Shown one piece after another: positions 47,793 through 55,115 of a DNA stretch of 55,115 nt (positions are counted from its first letter, which is position 1; every line of letters starts with the position of its first letter). The DNA lies in IMG/VR virus record IMGVR_UViG_3300047487_000176, positions 1 through 55,115 of that record, one strand, 5' to 3'. Source of the DNA: a virus. Its lineage: Duplodnaviria; Caudoviricetes. Under the pieces are notes generated by a model. The model worked only from the letters and a program-made list of their open reading frames with translations, was not told where the DNA came from and did not search any database. Made by a program: the position numbers and the translations under genes.

Positions 47793-48439
47793 CGGTAGCC
47801 GGCCCACCCGGAGGCCGCCAAGAGCGTGTCGAACGTCTGCGGCACCGGCAGCACCTGCGAGTAGCCGGTGACCACGGGCTGCCGCATCTCGTACCAGTGT
47901 GCGACCAAGAGCGCAATCGCCTGCCGGAGGATCGGTGGCGTCGAGGCGCCGGAGGGGCCGTAGCCGGCCGTCCACTGCACGACCACGCTGTTCTCGTCGC
48001 CACGAACCGCCGGCCAAACGCCGTTGTAGTTCGGGTAGATGCGGCCCGGCGTCGTGTAGCGGTCGACCTGAAAGTCGCCGGCGGCGCTCGAAAGCGAAAG
48101 ATTCTGCCCTGCCTCGTTGCGGTAGGTGACCGTCACGGTCTCCGGCTGCATCGGCGGGCGGGGCAGAATGAGTTCCCACAGCGGGAACACGTCATAGCGG
48201 GCTTGCCAGACCTGCGTGATGACGCTGATGTCGAGGATGTCCTCGACGTACTGCCTCGCGGCCGTGATGTACGTCTGGACGAGAGCGTCGGAGGTGTCGT
48301 CGTCGATCCTGCACTGCGCCTTCGCCTCGGCGAGGCTCAACGGCTCGACCACGGGCGGCGTGGCTTGATACAGGCTCCGGTACGGCGTGATGCCGATCGT
48401 CGGTGACCTTGGCTCGCCGTAGACGATGGTGACGTTCAT
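47789..48439 (-). CDS. Head-tail connector (gp6 / phiE125 gp8-like)
   Basis: EPLSLAEAKAQCRID, AAR.YVE, AGYG, QAIALLVAHWYE.R. Confidence 0.88.
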   Translation of the reverse strand: MNVTIVYGEPRSPTIGITPYRSLYQATPPVVEPLSLAEAKAQCRIDDDTSDALVQTYITAARQYVEDILDISVITQVWQARYDVFPLWELILPRPPMQPETVTVTYRNEAGQNLSLSSAAGDFQVDRYTTPGRIYPNYNGVWPAVRGDENSVVVQWTAGYGPSGASTPPILRQAIALLVAHWYEMRQPVVTGYSQVLPVPQTFDTLLAASGWAGYR

Positions 48440-48639
48440 TTCTTCGGCTTCCTGCGGTGCTGCTCGACGGCCCGCTCGAGCGGAGGATCGGTCGCGTCCG
48501 CGGTCTCAACCTCTGGCGGAGCAGGCCGGACCTCCTCGATCAAGCCGCGGGCGGCTAGGACGCGGGCCATCCCGTCGCCCCAGTCGAACTCTTGGCCTTC
48601 CTTGTAGTTCGCGAAGTTCTTCTTGATCCGCACTCTCAT
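48436..48639 (-). CDS. Small head-module protein
   Basis: ATGA coupling; A..LAARGLIE motif. Confidence 0.55.
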   Translation of the reverse strand: MRVRIKKNFANYKEGQEFDWGDGMARVLAARGLIEEVRPAPPEVETADATDPPLERAVEQHRRKPKK

Positions 48640-49364
48640 GCCACGAATCCCCACGCGCCGTCCGGCGCCTGCTGGCCGCTGTTCCAATACTCGGTCGTGT
48701 GCTGCTGAATCTTGCCGCCTTCGGTGGTGCGGCTGGGCCATGTGATCATCAGTTCGGCGTGGCCGACGCTGACGTGCGTCGCGATGCCCAGCGTGTTGCC
48801 GGCGGACTCCCATGCGCGCCAGAATGCGATGTCCTCATCGACGTGGCCGCCCGTGAACTCGCCCTGCTCGTTGGCTTTCGCCAAGAACCACGGCTTGGGC
48901 GTCTTCTTGAGCGCCGAGCACCGCAGGAACGTGCAGCCGAAGTGCGCTGTCGCGACCCGCTGGACGGGCTTCTTGAACCAGTCCTCGTCGACCGTCGTCT
49001 GCTGCTCCGGCGTCACGCCCGGCAGGGCGAACATCACCGCGTTCGCCTCCCGCTTCGTCTGGAGCGGAGCGATCGCGTCCACGCCCGAGTGCATCAGGAG
49101 TGCGAGCAGCGCCTCGATCGTCTTCGACGTGAAGATCGTGTCGTAGTCGAAAGTGAGGATCACGTCGTGGTTGTCCACGACGGTTTCCATCGAGCGCTGG
49201 AGGCATTGGCCCCAGAACGCCCCGGTGTACTTGATCGGCGAGATGCGATGCGGCGCGAGAGCCTGCGCGACGCAGAAGAAGTTGTCCGTGAAGCCGAGGC
49301 GTGGCGTGCTCATCAGAGCAGCCACTTTGACCTCGGCTTCCACGTTGCCGATACGCAGTAGCAT
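48636..49364 (-). CDS. GT-A glycosyltransferase-like protein in head module
   Basis: TFDYDTIF (DxD), HFGCTFLR, PKPWF, DEDIAFW, VGH. Confidence 0.7.
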   Translation of the reverse strand: MLLRIGNVEAEVKVAALMSTPRLGFTDNFFCVAQALAPHRISPIKYTGAFWGQCLQRSMETVVDNHDVILTFDYDTIFTSKTIEALLALLMHSGVDAIAPLQTKREANAVMFALPGVTPEQQTTVDEDWFKKPVQRVATAHFGCTFLRCSALKKTPKPWFLAKANEQGEFTGGHVDEDIAFWRAWESAGNTLGIATHVSVGHAELMITWPSRTTEGGKIQQHTTEYWNSGQQAPDGAWGFVA

Positions 49365-49439
49365 GGAGTGCTCCTTGGAAGGAGCGGGGGCGCCTCCATG
49401 CGCCTGCTCGGCCGTCATGGCCGTCCCGCTGTACGGGAA

Positions 49440-49877
49440 TCAGCCCTTGACCCACTTGGCGACGTTGACCTCGGTCTCGGTCGACGGGAACTCCTCGCCT
49501 CGCGACAGGAGCGCCACGACGCTGACCGCGGCGGTCACGTCGGGGGTCACCGTCACGCGGAGATACCGCTTCCGAGCCTTGCAGTCGACGTCCATCTTGA
49601 CGATGGAGCCGACCGAGGTGCTCACCGCCGCCATCGTGAAGCCGCTCGCGCCGTCCTTCACGAAGGCCGCGACGTCGCTGTAGGACGAGTTGTCGTCGGA
49701 CTCCTCGACCTTCAGGACGCTCGCGAACGACGTGCCGGTGGAGGGCGCCTTCGACACGACCACGGAGGCGTAGTCATAGTTCCGGCGGTCGACGACCATC
49801 GTGGTGGTGGCGGTCGAGCCGACGGTGACCGGGCCGCTCGTGTGGCCGACGACCTTGAGGTTCTGGCTGTGGATCAT
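49440..49877 (-). CDS. Capsid decoration / cement-like protein
   Basis: Directly after capsid gene; VEESDD.SSYSDV, KRYLRV. Confidence 0.55.
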   Translation of the reverse strand: MIHSQNLKVVGHTSGPVTVGSTATTTMVVDRRNYDYASVVVSKAPSTGTSFASVLKVEESDDNSSYSDVAAFVKDGASGFTMAAVSTSVGSIVKMDVDCKARKRYLRVTVTPDVTAAVSVVALLSRGEEFPSTETEVNVAKWVKG

Positions 49878-49896
49878 CTCTGACGTGCTCCTGTTA

Positions 49897-51261
49897 TCAC
49901 GAGGCCGCGGACTTGAGGGCCACCACCGGGCCGACCTCGCTGGTCGATCCGAGGGAGTGGTGGTTCACGTCGAACCGCATCGTCCCTTGCAGGAGGAGTT
50001 GGTCCGTCGTGGCGTAGACCTGATCGTAGAGCCGGACGCTGAAGTCACGCCGGCGGGCGTAGATGCTCGACAGGCTCATGTTGCCGAAGAGCACCTTGAT
50101 CTTGCTGACGTCCGCACCCAGCGTGCTGTTCATCACATGCACGAGCGTGACGGGGTAGCCGAGGAACGTGTCGACCGTTCCAGCCTGCACGTTCTCGACG
50201 GTGTTGCCACCGGCGGCGTACTTCAGGCGGGCGATCGACGCGGCGTAGCCGGCCGGAGACACGTACCACCGAGCACCGGCCCTCGCGTAGATCGGCAACT
50301 TGCCCATCGCGGCGAGGAAGTCCTCGAGGTCGAGGGTCTCGAAGCCGGTGTTGCCAGCGATGGCACCCACAACCGAGGCGGTGTGCGTGCCGTCGTTGAT
50401 CTTGTCAACGATGCCGTGGATGCCACCGTAGGTTCCGAGCGTCCCGTCACCGAGCCAGCCGCAGAGGTCGATCTTGTAGGCGAGGCTCTGGGCGAACTCG
50501 GTGGCAACTGCATCGGCCAATCCCACCACGCCCTGCGAGTCTTCGACCAACTCGGTAGACATCCTGCAACCGACCGCGAGTTTGCGGGCCACGAGCGACA
50601 CGTTGCCGTAGGTCGGCTCGCTCTCGGTCACGGCCGAGCCTTCGCCGACGAAGTAGGCGGTCGTGCCGGTGAGCCGCTTGGGGATGACCAGCGTGTCGCG
50701 GGTCATCGAGATGTTCTCGCACGCCGGCGGGAGCGTCCCGTAGGACTCGACCAGACGGATCACGCGATTGGCGAACTCGTCGGGGACGAGCGCTCCGCCG
50801 GAGGCGTTGCTGTTTTCGCCCATCGCACGGCTCTCGACGCCGTGATCCTTGCACCACCGGAGGTCTTCGGAGTTCTTGAAGATGTGCGCCCGGAGCCACC
50901 GGCCGCAGCGGTAGGCGCTCTCGACGGCGTCGGGGCCGTCACCGAAGGCACGCAGGGAGGTGTGATGCGGGAGGCTGGCCCGAATCTCGACCTTCTTCTG
51001 CTCCTCGGCGCGAGCCTCGGTCTCGGCGGGCGTCACGACGGGGGCGGGGGCCGCCTTCTCGATGACCTCGCGGAGTTCCTTCTCCTTCTCGGCGAGCCGA
51101 CGCTCGAAGCCGATCTGGGCGGTCAGTTCGCTGGCCTGAGCGCCGAGCGCGACGAACTCCTGATTGTCCTCGGCCGAGCGATCCTCGATCTTGCCGAGTT
51201 CGGCCATGCGAGCGGCGACCGCGGCGGCCCGGTCCTGCAACTTCTTGAGATTCGACGCCAT
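49897..51261 (-). CDS. Major capsid protein, HK97 fold
   Basis: AAGGAG SD, coiled-coil delta domain, GGALVP.EF, VGEG, FLGYPV, LFGN. Confidence 0.93.
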   Translation of the reverse strand: MASNLKKLQDRAAAVAARMAELGKIEDRSAEDNQEFVALGAQASELTAQIGFERRLAEKEKELREVIEKAAPAPVVTPAETEARAEEQKKVEIRASLPHHTSLRAFGDGPDAVESAYRCGRWLRAHIFKNSEDLRWCKDHGVESRAMGENSNASGGALVPDEFANRVIRLVESYGTLPPACENISMTRDTLVIPKRLTGTTAYFVGEGSAVTESEPTYGNVSLVARKLAVGCRMSTELVEDSQGVVGLADAVATEFAQSLAYKIDLCGWLGDGTLGTYGGIHGIVDKINDGTHTASVVGAIAGNTGFETLDLEDFLAAMGKLPIYARAGARWYVSPAGYAASIARLKYAAGGNTVENVQAGTVDTFLGYPVTLVHVMNSTLGADVSKIKVLFGNMSLSSIYARRRDFSVRLYDQVYATTDQLLLQGTMRFDVNHHSLGSTSEVGPVVALKSAAS

Positions 51262-51413
51262 GATTGGCCTGCTCCTTGTTGAGCCGGCCATACGCGACGA
51301 TGCGACGGCCGGCGGGTGTTCCCGCTAGCGCGCCGCAGGCGTGAATCCTCACGTCGCTCGCACTGACCATCGCGACATCCATCGCGATGCTTGTATCTAC
51401 TTGTAGGTTAACA

Positions 51414-53468
51414 TCAACCGTCGGTGTCGTGCAACTTAGTCCAGAGCAGAGCCTCCTGAAGCGCGGCCAACTTGGCCGCTGCATCAGTCGCATCGACGTC
51501 CACGACCGGCTCCGGCTGCTGCACCTGCTCGACCTGCTGCTCGACCTCGGCGACCGCAGGCTCCGACCGCTCTGCTTCGCGTTTCATCTGCGCCACCTTT
51601 CGTGCTGACCACACTTGCCCGGCGTTTCCGCCCCACAGTTCCCACGCCACAAACCCCGGCTTTTCAGCACCCGGCGTGTCCCAGCCGGGCGACTTGCTCG
51701 CCGATTCGTGGCGTGCGAACCACGCATTCATCTCGCGGACGTGGTCCGGCGTGAGTTCCTCGCGGCGTGCGATCTTATTCGCCCTCGCGACCGTCTCCGG
51801 CTTGAGGCCGTCGCCGGACTTGCCCTCCTCGTGGAGGCGGAGTCCACGGCGGGCCGCGGCGGCCATGCCGGCCGTCGGCTTCAGGTCGACTTCTCGCTCC
51901 TCGACGTCCGCCTCGACGCTCCGCTCCTTCGACGACTTCGGGTGGTCGGCCGGCAGGAGGTCGTTGTCGGTGACGTACTTCGCGTCCTGCGGCCTGCCGT
52001 TTCGCAGGAGGTACAGGTAGGCGTTCACGCGGGCCATCGCCCACGCGCCGCGGCTCACGCCCGGCCGGTGGCTGGTCGAATACGCCCCGGCGCCTCGCCG
52101 GTAGACCGCGAGCAACTGCCCGAGCGTCGTCCGAGACCACGACGGCTTCTCGTCCTCACGCATGGCTTCGTTGTGGTCGCGGACCTTGTTCTGGAGGCCG
52201 GCTCGAACCGCCTGCGACACGGCGATCCGGCCACTCGCGTTCTTCGCCGATCCCTCTTTGTTCTTGTCGCTGCCGGCGATCCGGTCCTTCTCCGGGGCGG
52301 GCGTCGACTGGGACTTGTCGCCGGCGGCACGGTCCTCTTCGTCGTCCTCGTCTGGCTCCGGCTGGTCGGTCTTCGTGAGTTCCGAGACCATCACGGCGAC
52401 CATGTAGTCTTCAGGCTCGCCGTCGTCGAACGGCGTCACCACGGCCAGCGGCGCCTCCGGCGTCGCCGTCATGCCTTGGATCGAGCCTTCACGCATGACG
52501 TGCTCGACGCGGCCGATGCTGCCGTCCCACGCGACGAAGTCGCCTTCGGAGAGTTCGTTCGGGGCGGCGCGATCCTCGGCCGTTCCAGATTCTGGAATCT
52601 GGAATGCAGCCTCCGGCGTCCGAACTTCGCTCTCTCGCTGTGCGAGAGAGCGACGCTGCACCCACTTCTCGCCGCCGTCGCCGCCGGCCAGCATCCACTC
52701 GACCCACGCCGGCGAGCCGGACCAGCCGACGGAACGGACCTCGTGGCACCGCTGATGCGTGCCGGCGAGGAACTCGACCTCCTCGACGGAGAGAACCTCG
52801 CGCTCCGCGATGCGTTCGGCGACCGCGACGAGCCGCTCGTCGAAGTCACCACGCGACTTGGCGGCCCGCAGACCCTTCCGAGCCGCGTTCGCCATCGTCT
52901 GATTCGGCCGGAAAGCGTCGCCGAGGGCCATTTCGATCGCCCGACGGCTCACGACCACGCTGGACGCCTCGTAGGCAGGCCGAACGACTGGTCCGACGTC
53001 GTCGAGCAGTGAGATCGAGCGGATTTCTCGCCGGCGGATGCCTCGTTCGTCCGTGCTCCACGAGTCTCCGCCGCTCCGAGACACTGCGAACGCGAAACTC
53101 GACCCGGTGACGTACCCGCCGGAGACCAATTCGACGACCTCGTCGGCCGTTTTCGTCTTCGGAGGCATCATTTCGTAGCGCAGGCCGTAGGGATCGGCCT
53201 TCAGGCGGAGCGAACCGTTCGCGGAACGCGCCAAAAGCATATTTTTGTCGTGGTTGAACACGCCGACGACGTCGGGATTCGTCTTCAGGACGTCATCGAA
53301 CGCCCGCGGGTGGATGGTCTCGATGAAACCACCCAAATCTCTCGAAGGCGACTGGAATACGGCCGCATACCCGACAATCACGGGCCGCTTTTCGCCGCCG
53401 TCGACCTCGCGGTACTCGATCGCCGTGTCGGATGCGGTGATCCGGCGCTCAATTTCGTTCGCGGACAT
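51414..53468 (-). CDS. HK97-type prohead protease with long multidomain C-terminal extension
   Basis: GYAAVF, FNHD, SSFAF, DVGPV.PAY in first ~175 aa. Confidence 0.9.
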   Translation of the reverse strand: MSANEIERRITASDTAIEYREVDGGEKRPVIVGYAAVFQSPSRDLGGFIETIHPRAFDDVLKTNPDVVGVFNHDKNMLLARSANGSLRLKADPYGLRYEMMPPKTKTADEVVELVSGGYVTGSSFAFAVSRSGGDSWSTDERGIRRREIRSISLLDDVGPVVRPAYEASSVVVSRRAIEMALGDAFRPNQTMANAARKGLRAAKSRGDFDERLVAVAERIAEREVLSVEEVEFLAGTHQRCHEVRSVGWSGSPAWVEWMLAGGDGGEKWVQRRSLAQRESEVRTPEAAFQIPESGTAEDRAAPNELSEGDFVAWDGSIGRVEHVMREGSIQGMTATPEAPLAVVTPFDDGEPEDYMVAVMVSELTKTDQPEPDEDDEEDRAAGDKSQSTPAPEKDRIAGSDKNKEGSAKNASGRIAVSQAVRAGLQNKVRDHNEAMREDEKPSWSRTTLGQLLAVYRRGAGAYSTSHRPGVSRGAWAMARVNAYLYLLRNGRPQDAKYVTDNDLLPADHPKSSKERSVEADVEEREVDLKPTAGMAAAARRGLRLHEEGKSGDGLKPETVARANKIARREELTPDHVREMNAWFARHESASKSPGWDTPGAEKPGFVAWELWGGNAGQVWSARKVAQMKREAERSEPAVAEVEQQVEQVQQPEPVVDVDATDAAAKLAALQEALLWTKLHDTDG

Positions 53469-55101
53469 CGTTCTCCTCCTCGAAATGAGCCTCGAACCAG
53501 CGATCGGTGACCGTTTCGTAGGGTTTTCCGCTGCGATGACAGTCCAAAAGCAGGTCTTTCGAGCGCTCTAGCCACGATACCACGAACGAGTCAATGTCTC
53601 GACCAGTAGCATTTGCTGCGTCGAGTAACTCTTCACGCAGTTTCTCCTCGACTTGGCCGAACCATTGCGTGATTTTCTCCGCTTTCGACCGGCGGGCGAG
53701 GATTCCGTCGGCTTCGACGGCTGCGATGCGTCGGAGAGTCGTGCGGAAAAGTGCTTCGGATGCGTCGATGGATCGGTCGGCCTCGGCTTCCGCTGGCGGT
53801 TGGTCGCCGTCTTGCTGCTCTGGAGGCTGCTCCTCGGCCGGGAGGCTGGTCGGAGGGGCTTGGGGCGGCTGGCCGTTCGGTGTCTCAAGGGTGAATGCGT
53901 CCAGAAGTTGCATATTGACCTGCACGAACCGCTTCTTGCCGAGGTCGCCGGGGAGCGGGTTGTAGCCGATCTCCGCCCGGTACTCGTCGACATCGAGGGC
54001 GCCCGTGTTGAACGCCTCGCGGAGGTACGTTGAGCGGGCCGCGTAGTCGCCGGCCATGAGCGAGTTCATATCGAACCCGACGAAGTACGTCTTGTCGTCC
54101 ACCACGAGGTCGCGACGGCACGCCAACTCCCACCGCCGGCACCACGGCATGATGCTGAACGTCTTGTAGTCGATCGCCGCCTGCTCCACCGTGCTGTAGC
54201 GGACATTCGACAGGTCGCCGACCAGATGGGGAGGCACCCGGTATGCCCGGCAGACCTCCTCCAACTGGAAGCGCCGTGTGGACACAAGTTCCGCGTCTGC
54301 GTTGTTGACCGGATCGTCCTTCTTCTTGAAGCCGAACGGCATCACGACGGTCTTGAACGCTCGCTCCGGCCCGCGATGTGCCTCGTCCCACTGCTGGCGG
54401 AACCGCTGGAGAGCCTCCGGCTTGTGGGGCTGGTCGGTCTCGATGTACGTGCCGACCTTGGCTCCGTTGCCGAAGAACGCGCTCGAGTGCAGTTCCGTCG
54501 CCCGAGCGAGGGCGATCGCGTCCTTCGACAGGGCCGTTGGCACGTACCCTCGAACGCCGTCCGATGACATCCACCGCAGGTGAAAAATCTCGTCCTGCCG
54601 GTACTCCGTCGGCTGCGGGTTCGGGTCGGTCACCGTCGCCGGCTCGCGGTAGTAGTACCGCAGTTTGCCGTTCTCGAGCCGCTTCACCTCCATCCGCGAC
54701 GGGTGGAGCGGGATCAACTCGTCCACGGCGCCGCGGCGGATGCTGCCCTTGATGTGGGCGTAGGCGTTCCCCCACAAGAGAAGCCACGACTGCATGAGTT
54801 CCTTGAACTCAAAACTCGTCATCCACGAGTTGGGCTGGTAGGCCAGAATCTCGTGGAGCGGCTGGTCGTCGGCGATCTCCTTGCCGCCGCCGGGGAGCCG
54901 TCGGTACAGGTTCGTCGGCATCGCCGCGATCGACTCCGACAGGAGCCGGACGCAGGCCAGCACGGCCGTGCATTCAAGCGCCGTCTCAGGCGAGACGTGG
55001 ACGCCGGCGGCCGTCTTCCGCGACTCCGCGATCTCCTCGAAGACCCGTGACAGGCTCTGCGACCGCAGCGACAAGAGGCCCGTGTACGGCGCTTCGTCCA
55101 T
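53449..55101 (-). CDS. Portal protein, HK97 family
   Basis: AVLACVRLLSESIA, PNSWMT, LLWGNAY, IFHLR, FFGNGA, YRVPPHLVG. Confidence 0.95.
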   Translation of the reverse strand: MDEAPYTGLLSLRSQSLSRVFEEIAESRKTAAGVHVSPETALECTAVLACVRLLSESIAAMPTNLYRRLPGGGKEIADDQPLHEILAYQPNSWMTSFEFKELMQSWLLLWGNAYAHIKGSIRRGAVDELIPLHPSRMEVKRLENGKLRYYYREPATVTDPNPQPTEYRQDEIFHLRWMSSDGVRGYVPTALSKDAIALARATELHSSAFFGNGAKVGTYIETDQPHKPEALQRFRQQWDEAHRGPERAFKTVVMPFGFKKKDDPVNNADAELVSTRRFQLEEVCRAYRVPPHLVGDLSNVRYSTVEQAAIDYKTFSIMPWCRRWELACRRDLVVDDKTYFVGFDMNSLMAGDYAARSTYLREAFNTGALDVDEYRAEIGYNPLPGDLGKKRFVQVNMQLLDAFTLETPNGQPPQAPPTSLPAEEQPPEQQDGDQPPAEAEADRSIDASEALFRTTLRRIAAVEADGILARRSKAEKITQWFGQVEEKLREELLDAANATGRDIDSFVVSWLERSKDLLLDCHRSGKPYETVTDRWFEAHFEEENDVRERN

Positions 55102-55115
55102 GTCAGAACACCATC

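Overview
This is about 55 kb of a GC-rich, temperate-looking tailed dsDNA phage (siphovirus, HK97-type head); terminase and genome ends are outside the window. A Planctomycetota-like host is an inference only. Almost all genes are on the minus strand. From right to left: portal, multidomain prohead protease, major capsid, head-tail genes, three tandem tail-tube-like paralogues, a tail chaperone with a GGGAAAC -1 frameshift, tape measure, tail tip, two fibre modules, replication genes (SNF2 helicase, Prim-Pol, SF1 helicase), csrA and accessory genes. A single plus-strand island (16.2-19.2 kb) holds a tyrosine recombinase. Two systems stand out. (1) An integron-like gene-cassette array inside the phage (18.4-19.2 kb). 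It has two sites with exact attC hairpin geometry, oriented opposite to the genes, each overlapping the RBS and start codon of the next gene; both cassette genes stop in an R box. An attI-like half-site with direct repeats closes the array, and the nearby recombinase is not IntI-like. (2) A dispersed but coherent glycan pathway: Gmd, Fcl, a perosamine-type aminotransferase, a PerB/NeuD-type acyltransferase-ACP-FabH-SDR-Rieske oxygenase operon, a methyltransferase and four GT-A glycosyltransferases, embedded among Ser/Thr-rich virion genes. This suggests phage-made acylated amino-sugar decoration of the virion. All assignments come from motif reading by eye; no database searches were run.
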